64,000 nt of DNA from a virus. The notes under the pieces are model-generated. The model searched no databases. It saw only the letters and a list, made by a program, of their open reading frames with translations, and was not told the DNA's origin. The position numbers were made by a program, and so were the translations under genes. Below are positions 45,494 to 53,587 of this stretch, in pieces (position 1 is the stretch's first letter; each line of letters opens with the position of its first letter). Location of the stretch: IMG/VR virus record IMGVR_UViG_3300045988_105383; one strand, given 5' to 3'.

Positions 45494-46186
45494 TCAGCGA
45501 CAAAAATAAATACCATCCTGATAAACCACAATCTCTGTTCCCTGAATGTGCTCGGACTGAAAAATGACATCGTCATCCAATACTCGCTCGCCTTCCAGCA
45601 ATCTTCTGGCACAATCGTAGGCGCGCACAACCGCATCAGCCTCTGATTCATTGCTGGCTCTTTCCGGCCATTTGATACCAGTCCAGGAGAAGGTGTTGTA
45701 CTGACGGGGCTGCAAAAGCACCTCCTCCATCGTATCGGGGAACCGATCATCTGCAACTCGGTTCAGTACAACGTTACCAACCATCATCCGGGTCTCATCC
45801 GAGCACGAATCTCCGCCGGCCTCTATGTAGATCGTGCAGGCCAGCATCTCAAGTTCCGTCTCATCGACAGTTACGGCTTCTTCCCTAGTATCAGCTTCTT
45901 GCAGACCGAGTTCTTCTTTCTCGGAGCACGTTTCGTAGGCTTCTGCTGTCTCTTTCAGAACGTCACACGGAACATATTTCTCCTCTGTAACCAATTGAAA
46001 ATTGGTTTTGTCCGGTATTGCTGCAGCATTTGTTCGCGGAGTTTCTTCTTCTATTTCGCTCGCTGTTCGGATTTCACGCTTATCCCTGGCTACTGCCGCT
46101 GCGCCAGCCTTAAAAATCACAAACGTAAAAGTGAAAAGTGCGACCACGAATATGATACATGCAAGCAGATCACAAAAATGTTTCAT
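45494..46186 (-). CDS. SleB/CwlJ-family cell-wall hydrolase with N-terminal membrane anchor
   Basis: LACTIYIEAGGDSCSDETRMMVGNVVLNRVADDRFPDTMEEVLLQPRQYNTFS; N-terminal LLACIIFVVALFTFTFVIF helix. Confidence 0.75.
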   Translation of the reverse strand: MKHFCDLLACIIFVVALFTFTFVIFKAGAAAVARDKREIRTASEIEEETPRTNAAAIPDKTNFQLVTEEKYVPCDVLKETAEAYETCSEKEELGLQEADTREEAVTVDETELEMLACTIYIEAGGDSCSDETRMMVGNVVLNRVADDRFPDTMEEVLLQPRQYNTFSWTGIKWPERASNESEADAVVRAYDCARRLLEGERVLDDDVIFQSEHIQGTEIVVYQDGIYFCR

Positions 46187-46625
46187 CGATTCCTCCAATC
46201 TTGCTGGTTGGCGCGAATACTTGATTTAATTGCTCCATAGCCAGCAGCTTTTTCTTCTTTCTACGATACCGGCTGTTTTCCGTGCTCAATCCGGGATGTG
46301 CAGCATAATAGGCACGCTTTTTGGCTCTGATTTCTTCTGCGTGTGCCAGATAATATCGCCTATTCTTCTCTTTGACATCGCGGTTCCGCTCACGTTCTTT
46401 CCGGCGTTCTTCTGTTTTCCCGTCAAAAAAGCCAATATGCTTATAGCTCGCAGCGAAACAGCTCTGCGAGCAGTAGTAGGTTGTCGCCTGTTTCTTTCCA
46501 TCCCGCTCGATCTGCCGCATCCACGGGCTTTCAGCCGATGTTATAAACGTTTGTCCGCACGTTCCGCAGCACCGCACGAGTGTAAGGCGGAAATCTGTTT
46601 TACGTCTTACACTCATACTGCTCAA
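46170..46625 (-). CDS. Hypothetical Cys-containing basic protein
   Basis: 151-aa ORF, CCGTCG...YYCSQSC, Lys/Arg-rich C-terminal half. Confidence 0.45.
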   Translation of the reverse strand: MSSMSVRRKTDFRLTLVRCCGTCGQTFITSAESPWMRQIERDGKKQATTYYCSQSCFAASYKHIGFFDGKTEERRKERERNRDVKEKNRRYYLAHAEEIRAKKRAYYAAHPGLSTENSRYRRKKKKLLAMEQLNQVFAPTSKIGGIDETFL

Positions 46626-46935
46626 TCAGCCGGTCGAGGTAGAATCTCGCTTTTTTGAGGTCTTCGGCCGGTTTTCCTTTGAAGGGATGCTTCCAAATGT
46701 ATTTAACAGTCTGCCATGCAAGGACCGCAGCTACCGGACCATCCCATCCTTCGACCATAGCGTTGAGTGCGTCAATGCACTCAATAGAGCCATGATTATA
46801 GTGCGCAGGATGGGAAACCGCGCTTTGCGATTCTTTCGGCAGCAATGTATCACTGAAGCTATTCGTAGGTGCAGTGCGGTCATTCTCCGTATAGACTTTC
46901 AATTTCTTTGTCCTCCTCATATTTTTCACATCCAC
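46600..46935 (-). CDS. DUF3310-family protein
   Basis: HPAHYNHGSIECIDALNAM...AWQTVKYIWKHPFKGKPAEDLKKARFYLDRLIE. Confidence 0.7.
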   Translation of the reverse strand: MDVKNMRRTKKLKVYTENDRTAPTNSFSDTLLPKESQSAVSHPAHYNHGSIECIDALNAMVEGWDGPVAAVLAWQTVKYIWKHPFKGKPAEDLKKARFYLDRLIEQYECKT

Positions 46936-47089
46936 AATTCACAAAATCCGCACAATATGGGCTTTCACCATTGAAGCAAACCTCGTTCCATGGCTCCCAC
47001 CATTTGCAGCTGTCGCAGGTTTTATTCTCCAAAATCGCTACCTCCCGAATCTGCTTCGCGCGAACCTGGCATTCACCTTGTCGTTCCAT
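46880..47089 (-). CDS. Small Cys-rich protein
   Basis: CDSCKWWEPWNEVCFNGESPYCADFVNCGC. Confidence 0.4.
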   Translation of the reverse strand: MERQGECQVRAKQIREVAILENKTCDSCKWWEPWNEVCFNGESPYCADFVNCGCEKYEEDKEIESLYGE

Positions 47090-47436
47090 CCTGGCTTTAA
47101 CCGAATGCCGTGGTCTTCCACGCATTCAACGTTCAATTTCACTTCTATGCAGTCCGAAGGTTTCAAAAGCAGCGGCTTCCCGCGAACTGTGATTCGATAC
47201 CGAAAACCAGTTCCGACCTTGTTGTTGATACGAGCCGCCTCGTAGATTGCGCCGGTCTCTGGCTCCATTCCCCCAGAAAGATAAAGCCTCCTAGGTATAA
47301 CGATCAGGACCGGCGTAGAAAATCGGTCATCTCCGGAGTTCCGGCGCGCTTGTTCTGCACACTCCCGGCTGCAGCAGTCCTTTGCATATCTCCCCCAGCC
47401 GGAATATTCTCTTCCGCAGGCCTTGCATCGCATCAT
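47038..47436 (-). CDS. Zinc-ribbon protein
   Basis: 132 aa from MMRCKACGREYSGWG...CCSREC; ATGA overlap with upstream stop. Confidence 0.45.
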   Translation of the reverse strand: MMRCKACGREYSGWGRYAKDCCSRECAEQARRNSGDDRFSTPVLIVIPRRLYLSGGMEPETGAIYEAARINNKVGTGFRYRITVRGKPLLLKPSDCIEVKLNVECVEDHGIRLKPGWNDKVNARFARSRFGR

Positions 47437-47666
47437 CCCAGATAATCTCTGACGCGCATCTTTTGAAGGACCTGCTGTTTCACATACTTGGACATTTCCT
47501 CGTGAATGCAGGCATACTTCTCCTTCGTAAGTCTGGCATGTTCTTCTGAGCAGGTTGGAAGATACTCTGTCCGACCGTTGCAATTCACAACACGAACTTT
47601 CCACACATAACCAGATTCTCCGATTTCTTTCCCGCAGAATGCGCATTTGACTTTCGCTTCAATCAC
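47433..47666 (-). CDS. Small zinc-finger protein
   Basis: KCAFCGKEI...LPTCSEEH. Confidence 0.45.
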   Translation of the reverse strand: MIEAKVKCAFCGKEIGESGYVWKVRVVNCNGRTEYLPTCSEEHARLTKEKYACIHEEMSKYVKQQVLQKMRVRDYLG

Positions 47667-47884
47667 TTTGCTTCCTCCGTAACGTAGTATCGCTTATATC
47701 TGGTAGGCTTCTGATGCCGATTGACTCCATACTCCCAAGCATCTGTGACAACGATGCCGGGGCGGCGTTTCAGATCCCAGATCCGACCCGAAAGCCGTGT
47801 GCAGCCCAAAGCGTTGGTAGCTTCCATCTGCGTGATGGAGCCGTGCTGCTTGCAATACGCAATAATGAGATCACGTGCACTCAC
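47663..47884 (-). CDS. Winged-helix DNA-binding protein (HTH_39-like)
   Basis: ITQMEATNALGCTRLSGRIWDLKRRPGIVV. Confidence 0.5.
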   Translation of the reverse strand: MSARDLIIAYCKQHGSITQMEATNALGCTRLSGRIWDLKRRPGIVVTDAWEYGVNRHQKPTRYKRYYVTEEAK

Positions 47885-48093
47885 TTTCTCAGTCCTCCAA
47901 TGTCTGCCCAGTTTCGCGCCAAATGGCCTAAACTGTCGTAGTGGATCGCCTCACCATCCACTTCCACCCAGATGCGGCGGTACATGCTGACCAGTGACAC
48001 AGTGTAAACTTTTCCGTGCCGAAGGCCGCGCACACCGCTTTTTCCGATATAGCGGAGCCGAATGAGGCTGTCCTTTTGTCTATGGTCTTCCAT
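47881..48093 (-). CDS. Hypothetical small protein
   Basis: 70-aa ORF, 4-nt overlap with next gene. Confidence 0.4.
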   Translation of the reverse strand: MEDHRQKDSLIRLRYIGKSGVRGLRHGKVYTVSLVSMYRRIWVEVDGEAIHYDSLGHLARNWADIGGLRK

Positions 48094-48144
48094 TCATTTT
48101 CCTCTCCACGGCGTTATACCGCATTTTCAAAACACATTTCTAAC

Positions 48145-48609
48145 TCACACTACTCCGCACGGGTAGAAGCAGAAACAGTTCTGAAACCGCTCGCGCACCA
48201 TCCGGCGGGCCTCGGGGTCTGGAACGTAGTTGCAGATCGCAAAGTATTCCAGATTGTTGAACTGATACGGAATTGGGCCATCGGCGGCTAGGAAATCCTG
48301 AATCCGGCCATAGTAGTGCGTCGCATTGGGCGGCCGGAACCGCTGCATATCCATTACCCCATCCACACCGATGTAGGCTTTATGATCTTTGAAGAAATAG
48401 CTCTGCGCAGCCAGATAACAACCAAAGTCGATTATCGTCGTGTCTTGGGGAATGAGTTTGCTCAATGCGTAGTAGGCATCCACAAAACCAAGAAAATTCG
48501 GTTCCAGCTCGCATCTGTACTGCAAAAGGATTCTGCGCTGTTCATCAGCGGGGATCAGATTGGAAAGCGTAAGATTTGCCTCTTCGAAGAATTGTTCTTT
48601 CAGAGTCAT
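48145..48609 (-). CDS. Hypothetical protein (weak Rossmann/SAM-motif-I-like segment)
   Basis: TTIIDFGCYLAAQS segment; otherwise unrecognised. Confidence 0.4.
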   Translation of the reverse strand: MTLKEQFFEEANLTLSNLIPADEQRRILLQYRCELEPNFLGFVDAYYALSKLIPQDTTIIDFGCYLAAQSYFFKDHKAYIGVDGVMDMQRFRPPNATHYYGRIQDFLAADGPIPYQFNNLEYFAICNYVPDPEARRMVRERFQNCFCFYPCGVV

Positions 48610-48944
48610 GTTCCCTCCCGACGCACCGCGTCCGCGCAGAAATAATTCTCATCGAACGTCTTCCAGTCGCTGCTCTCCCAAGGATGACACGCTTCACCTT
48701 CTGAGCCGATAAAATGCGAGTGTTCCTCGCACCACGCTTCGTCCCGATGCCATCTCTGGCAGTCTTTGCAATGAACCACTTCCTCTACATCGGCCGCAGA
48801 AAACTGTTTGATGGAGCGAATAATGCGATCATAAGTGTCTTCTACGACTCTTTGAGGACACGGATCAGTGAGAGAACCCTTTTGCTTGCGAATGAGGTCG
48901 ATTGCAGCACTGCGAAGAATGAATTTGTCACTCATTTCCGGCAT
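48606..48944 (-). CDS. Hypothetical Cys/His protein
   Basis: 112-aa ORF; HCKDCQRWH...WCEEH. Confidence 0.45.
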   Translation of the reverse strand: MPEMSDKFILRSAAIDLIRKQKGSLTDPCPQRVVEDTYDRIIRSIKQFSAADVEEVVHCKDCQRWHRDEAWCEEHSHFIGSEGEACHPWESSDWKTFDENYFCADAVRREGT

Positions 48945-49353
48945 CTCCGATCAAAAGTTGATTTTTCTGATAGCACTGAAAGAGCGTCTGTCCAGAGTCG
49001 TTTATCATATAGGGCAAGAAGATCTCATCCATCTGAACCATCTCGGTTTCCAAAATTGCCATCTGCGCAGCTACCCAGTCCTTGATGATGCGCCAAGCGA
49101 CACGTTCCGCCTGTGCCCGGTCGCATTTCACCTTCTGGCGCTGGAGCACTGACCATACCGCATCAACGTTTGCCGGGAGCCGGATTCCGCGCGGGCCGTT
49201 CGGCGTGTCGATCATGAAACACAGAGACACAATGCTGCCGGCATCATCATAGTCCTGCACGATCTTCTTGGCGCCGTGCTTCACGAGATCTGCCTGAATG
49301 GTGCCGAGGGTCTTGTAGACATCTACGTCTGTCGTATAATTCTTAATTGGCAT
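48928..49353 (-). CDS. Hypothetical protein
   Basis: 141-aa ORF, translationally coupled. Confidence 0.45.
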   Translation of the reverse strand: MPIKNYTTDVDVYKTLGTIQADLVKHGAKKIVQDYDDAGSIVSLCFMIDTPNGPRGIRLPANVDAVWSVLQRQKVKCDRAQAERVAWRIIKDWVAAQMAILETEMVQMDEIFLPYMINDSGQTLFQCYQKNQLLIGDAGNE

Positions 49354-49362
49354 GTTCTTACC

Positions 49363-50178
49363 TCATAGCAACACCGTTTCCGGCAGCACTTGCGCGTTGT
49401 CTGTAATTTTGACCCTCATCTCATCCGTCAGCTTAATTTTCAGCATAGCGCCTTCTCCCCAGAACGGTGTAAACGCGGATTTATAGCAGTCGCAGACCAG
49501 CCAGTCACCTTCCATGCGGAATACGTTCTTACCGTCCACGTACTCACACACCGGGTTGCAGGTAGCGAGTTTTGCTATCCGACCAATGAAGTTTGGCTTT
49601 TTCTCCGCGTATTCCGGGTACTCCGCAATCAGGGCGGCGTATTCGTCTGGAAACAGTAAGGACATCTGGTGCAAGAAATTCGGCACGGTCTCTTCCTGAT
49701 ACTTCGTGATCGTGCCGCCCATCAAACTTTGCGGCCTGTACGAACATATCCGATTCAGGTTTTCCGGGGTCAGCGTCTCGCGCTTTACGACAACCCAATT
49801 GCAGCCAAATCCGGGGTCTGAAACATTCAGACGCCCGTTCCAGTCCCCGATCTTGACAAACGGCGGGCACAAATAGGCATCGTCTCCGATTCGTCCAATG
49901 TGTTCATCCGACGGATAGTTCAGTTTTGCGTAGCATGGGTCGGCTTTCACCTGCTCCCGTATATTGCTAAACTTCTTGCTCTGCTTTGTTCCACCGTCCA
50001 CGCAAGTTCTTTCCCCGATAGGGCAGCGGTTTCCGAAAAGTGTTGTCACGTTGAAGCATTTCCCGCTTTTGTAAAGCGAGCACTCATCCGCGCGATCGCA
50101 GTAGATATACTCCGCCCGGAGCCTCGCGCCCCGGCTTCCATCGCCATACAAGCCGACATTGATTTTTCTTTGATTCAT
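49363..50178 (-). CDS. Hypothetical Cys-rich protein
   Basis: 271 aa; N-terminal CDRADECSLYKSGKCFNVTTLFGNRCPIGERTC cluster. Confidence 0.45.
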   Translation of the reverse strand: MNQRKINVGLYGDGSRGARLRAEYIYCDRADECSLYKSGKCFNVTTLFGNRCPIGERTCVDGGTKQSKKFSNIREQVKADPCYAKLNYPSDEHIGRIGDDAYLCPPFVKIGDWNGRLNVSDPGFGCNWVVVKRETLTPENLNRICSYRPQSLMGGTITKYQEETVPNFLHQMSLLFPDEYAALIAEYPEYAEKKPNFIGRIAKLATCNPVCEYVDGKNVFRMEGDWLVCDCYKSAFTPFWGEGAMLKIKLTDEMRVKITDNAQVLPETVLL

Positions 50179-50744
50179 CTGTCGGAACCTCCCAGTCTGA
50201 TTGGAAGCACCATTTTGATGTCGTCCGTGTTCGTCCGGATAATCACCGGAGAAATAGGAGACCAGAACTCCAAGACGATTGGATTTCTGAATGTCTGACC
50301 AGCGCTGATCTTCGCGGCCTGAAGTGCTGTCAGCAGATAGTTTCCATTAAATCCAATCTTGAAGTGCGGTTCGCCTTCCGGAATTACCTTCTGCCATTCA
50401 AACGGCTGTGGATCTTCCGGCTGCTCAAATCCAAACAGGGCCCCAGCGCATCGGATCTGAACTTCGGTCCCCACCTTCTCAATCACAGCGTAGGTTTTTC
50501 GCGGAAGGCGGAAGCTGCCCATGATGTAGACCGAGAAGTTCTCGTCGCACTCACTCACCACAGAGTTCTCCACGCTCATCCGATAGCCATCCAGCGACAT
50601 CGCCGTCACCTTCTGATGCTCGGCGTCAAAATCGAAGCGAATGTACTCCTTCGCTTTCCGGCTCTCACAATGAACCTTGCTGACGAACTGCTTCGTGGCA
50701 TCTACGATTCTGTTAAAATCGTCTGAAAAGATTGTTGCTCTCAT
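50175..50744 (-). CDS. Half-size (two-domain) DNA polymerase III beta-clamp homologue
   Basis: 189 aa from MRATIF behind GGAGGAAGAA; SLDGYRMSVE (cf. TDGHRLA), IGFNGNYLLTALQAAK (cf. FN-KYL-DAL), C-terminal MVLPIRL (cf. DnaN C-terminal P-x-R motif). Confidence 0.5.
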   Translation of the reverse strand: MRATIFSDDFNRIVDATKQFVSKVHCESRKAKEYIRFDFDAEHQKVTAMSLDGYRMSVENSVVSECDENFSVYIMGSFRLPRKTYAVIEKVGTEVQIRCAGALFGFEQPEDPQPFEWQKVIPEGEPHFKIGFNGNYLLTALQAAKISAGQTFRNPIVLEFWSPISPVIIRTNTDDIKMVLPIRLGGSDR

Positions 50745-51826
50745 TTCTTCCTCCAATATTTCATCCGTTTTCCTGCGGATTTGTTTCTCTATTCTCATCG
50801 TACCATCCGCCCAAAACGATTTATGTTACACTCCCGGCTACCGCGACGCCGACTCCGCCTTACTTCGCTGCTGCACCATAACCACCCCTTCCCTGCCATA
50901 GACCCGAAGGGTATCTGCTTCGTTGCCGTAAGGCAACCGCGCAAATTTTATTTTTTGGTCTTTTCCTTTTTTGATTTCCAAAATTCCAGCTCGGGTTTGA
51001 AAAGTATGCCCCCTCCCCACCTTACGCATAAGAAAAGCGCCGGCCGTAGACGCAGATGGCCTTTGGCTGACGCGATGAGAAATATATATATGGTTGAAAA
51101 CAGGTTTACCCGGCGGTGGTATGTCGGAGGGGAGCCGATGTGGAACATGGATGGGGGGAGAAGAGCTATTGCCCTTCTCCAGGAAAAAGGGCCTTTCGGG
51201 TTTGTAAAGTGGGGCGGGGTCTTGCATTTCTGCATGCTGCCTTGCATTTTTAGGCCGTTGTCGTTTACATTCTGCCGTGGAAAGTAAACGACATCCCTGA
51301 ATTTCTGCAAGTTCTCTTGCAAGTCATGCATTTTTGCCAAATTCGGCGGGTTAATCTCGCTCGGCTCGGACTTGCTGCGGAGCTAGGGCGGATGCTCTGC
51401 CGATCAGATGCGGATGGACCGGGCTGTGCCCGTCCAGATCGGCGGCCTGAACACGCCGGAGCCGCGAACACTTTTCCCTGTCCTCGTTTCCCTCTCTTGG
51501 TTGCCCTCTGTTGGCCTGCATGGTCTTCTCTTTGCCGGTGCTTGGCTGCGTGTGGCTGGTCTGGCTGGGTTGGTATGATATGAGTTTAGACTATAGTATG
51601 CTCGCCCGCGCGGAGTACACGCGCGCACGCGCGCGATTATAATAAAGAGTAGGCGCGGAGCTGTTCCGGGCCGTTCTGCTTGGCGTGGCGGCGCTCTGGC
51701 TGGCGCTGGGGTGGCGTGGATGGCCTCGGCGGGTTTGTTGCCCGCTTGGAGCTGGGCGGGGTGTTTTGGGCGCAGGAAAGCCGCTCTGGGCTATACCGGG
51801 GCGGCTAAAGGCTGGGGCGGTATATA
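50745..51826. other. About 1.08 kb non-coding, repeat- and hairpin-rich region
   Basis: Only low-complexity ORFs; CTTGCATTT x2 (51230, 51250), TGCAAGT x2 (51306, 51318), inverted repeat TGTCGTTTAC-15 nt-GTAAACGACA (51259-51293), AT tract 51090-51102, (CG)n tract 51619-51636, G-rich GCTGGG repeats 51550-51810. Confidence 0.6.
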
Positions 51827-52537
51827 TTATGCAATGGCCTTGCGGTAGCGCTCGCGGATTGCTTCGATGCGTCTTTGTACGCTGCTCTTGCTCATGGCGA
51901 GCACGGCGGCGATGTCTCGGACGGTGTAACCGGCTGCGAGCTGCTGCACGATGATCTTGTCCGTGTCCGTGGCGATGGCCTCGCGGATGATCTCGGCGGT
52001 GATGGCTGCGGCCTCGGGGCCCTGCGTGATCGGCTCGGCGGTGACGCTGGCGGAAAGATCGATCACGGTCTGAGTCTGGTCCTCGTCGGTGACGATCTGG
52101 CGGCATGCGTTGGCGTGGCGGCGCTCGGCGCGGCTGATGCTGTGCGCTGCCTGGGCGCACGCGGAAAACATGATATAGGCGAGCGGGCGCGGCTCCTCTC
52201 GCTGCTCGTTGCGGTCGAGGGCGGCGAAGATGCGGCAATAAGCATCCGCTGCGACGGTCTGCGCGTCGTCCGGGGTGACGATCCAATCGGTGTCCATGTC
52301 CCGGCCTTGGGCCTCGGCGCGGTGCTTCATGGTCCACGTCATGCGGATCAGGGCGGAATATTTCTCCTCACCGGTCATGGCGTCCCACTCGCAGCGGGCT
52401 GTCTGGGCCGCTCTGGCGGCGCGGTGCGCCTCTTTCAGGCAGATGGCAAACTGGGCGCGGCTGCGGGTCTCGGGGTACTCGGTGACGGTCTGGCGGTACA
52501 GGCTCCACGCCTGAGACATGATGGCGGTTTTCTTCAT
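51827..52537 (-). CDS. ECF-like sigma factor candidate with N-terminal extension
   Basis: Region-2-like DDAQTVAADAYCRIFAALD...PLAYIMFSACAQAAHSISRAERR; region-4 HTH IIVQQLAAGYTVRDIAAVLAMSKSSVQRRIEAIRERY; ATG behind AAGGAG. Confidence 0.55.
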   Translation of the reverse strand: MKKTAIMSQAWSLYRQTVTEYPETRSRAQFAICLKEAHRAARAAQTARCEWDAMTGEEKYSALIRMTWTMKHRAEAQGRDMDTDWIVTPDDAQTVAADAYCRIFAALDRNEQREEPRPLAYIMFSACAQAAHSISRAERRHANACRQIVTDEDQTQTVIDLSASVTAEPITQGPEAAAITAEIIREAIATDTDKIIVQQLAAGYTVRDIAAVLAMSKSSVQRRIEAIRERYRKAIA

Positions 52538-52622
52538 GGTATTGATCTCCTTTACATCGTCAAAATTTTGATGGGATCGGGTCGCTTTACGGTGCGGCCC
52601 GTCAAGGTGTCCGGCTGCTGGA

Positions 52623-53381
52623 TCAGACAAGATACAGAATTCCATCAAGCTCGATGCTTACCGCCTCCTGCTTCATCTCCTCCTTGATCCGCTGGGCAAT
52701 GCGGATGATTTCCGGAACCTGCTCGTGATACTGGCGTTCGGTACAGCTGGCGTAAACGATGGTAACGGCCTCGGCAACCAGTCCGGCGGAGTCGCTTACC
52801 CAAAAGCCGCGGGCGGTGGTGGCGGTCGCGCCGCCGAACATTTCGGCAAGCTCGCGGGCGACGCGCTGGACCTGCTCGGAGTTGTCGGTGTTCTCTGCCG
52901 GGCCCTGCGTGCTGGGGACGTACACCGCGACGCGGTGTGGCAGCTGTACGCCGCCGAATTGCTCGACGGTCAGGCGGACCGGTGCCGCCGGGGCGCTGGG
53001 CTTGGCCGTCTCCTGCGGCGCGGGCGGCGCGTACTTGCTCATCGCCTGCGCAAGCTGGTTGATGTGCGCGGGGTGGATTTCGGCGGGCTGGTAGATGCTC
53101 TTTGCTTCCAGCTCGTCACGGGTCGCGGCGGTCTCGATGGTGGCGGCCCACTCGCGGGAGCTGGGCCAGATTCTGCCGTCCCACTCGCCCACGGTGTTGA
53201 TGATCTCGGCGATTGCCTCGCGGGCGGTATCGTATCCGAGGCGTTCCACGATAGCGGCGACGGTCTCGGCGGGGGTCCGGTCGCTGGTTTCGCGGTAGAT
53301 GTTTACCACGGTTTTGATGTTCGCGCGGGTGGTCTTGATCTGCTCGCGGCGGGCGGTGATCTCGGTTGCATTCATTTTCAT
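52623..53381 (-). CDS. Hypothetical two-domain protein, first gene of leftward operon
   Basis: 252 aa, RBS AAAGGAG; N-terminal helical domain, Pro/Ala linker, C-terminal alpha/beta-like domain; family not recognised with confidence. Confidence 0.5.
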   Translation of the reverse strand: MKMNATEITARREQIKTTRANIKTVVNIYRETSDRTPAETVAAIVERLGYDTAREAIAEIINTVGEWDGRIWPSSREWAATIETAATRDELEAKSIYQPAEIHPAHINQLAQAMSKYAPPAPQETAKPSAPAAPVRLTVEQFGGVQLPHRVAVYVPSTQGPAENTDNSEQVQRVARELAEMFGGATATTARGFWVSDSAGLVAEAVTIVYASCTERQYHEQVPEIIRIAQRIKEEMKQEAVSIELDGILYLV

Positions 53382-53433
53382 ATTGGTTTCTCCTTTCCCT
53401 TGCGGGGCGTTCGTTGTTTCATTTGATGGCTTT

Positions 53434-53587
53434 ATTTTAGCACTTATTATGTGCCGCGTCTATTGACGTTTTCAACAATTATTAAGTGCCGTTTTCGTGT
53501 ATTTTAGCACTTATTACGTGCCGCGCTTGGTACTGTGCAGCCGCCACTTATTAAAAAATAAATTGGCACTTGCTACGTGCCGCCGCG
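53434..53587. promoter_or_regulatory. Operator array: three 15-bp palindromes plus two half-sites
   Basis: GCACTTATTATGTGC (53440-53454), GCACTTATTACGTGC (53507-53521), GCACTTGCTACGTGC (53566-53580); half-sites 53484-53490 (reverse) and 53544-53553; first two embedded in a 25-nt direct repeat ATTTTAGCACTTATTAYGTGCCGCG. Confidence 0.7.
53446..53475 (-). promoter_or_regulatory. Candidate leftward sigma-A-type promoter overlapping operator 1
   Basis: Minus strand TTGAAA-18 nt-CATAAT. Confidence 0.4.

Noticed and set aside
45213-45503. 96-aa minus-strand ORF between the SSB and hydrolase genes
   Set aside because: The Arg/Ser-rich frame lacks an RBS. A different frame in the same interval gives a clean two-TM peptide with a plausible start, and that frame is reported instead at low confidence.
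50860-50960. Riboswitch-like segment on the minus strand (GCAGGGAAGGGGTGG..., reminiscent of the cobalamin riboswitch core)
   Set aside because: The B12 box (GCCACTG-type) is missing, and the remaining conserved helices could not be traced by eye. The downstream gene is a clamp homologue, not a cobalamin-related gene.
50781-51340. ORFs of 129-168 aa within the 1-kb gap (50781-51287 plus strand; 50838-51227 and 50948-51340 minus strand)
   Set aside because: They mutually overlap, are low-complexity (Pro/Arg/Gly or Phe/Leu-rich), and have no RBS and no coupling to neighbours.
51591-52337. 248-aa minus-strand Arg/Pro-rich ORF, and plus-strand ORF 51875-52687
   Set aside because: These are alternative frames over the sigma-like gene in very G+C-rich DNA. 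They have extreme Arg/Pro/Gly composition and no RBS.
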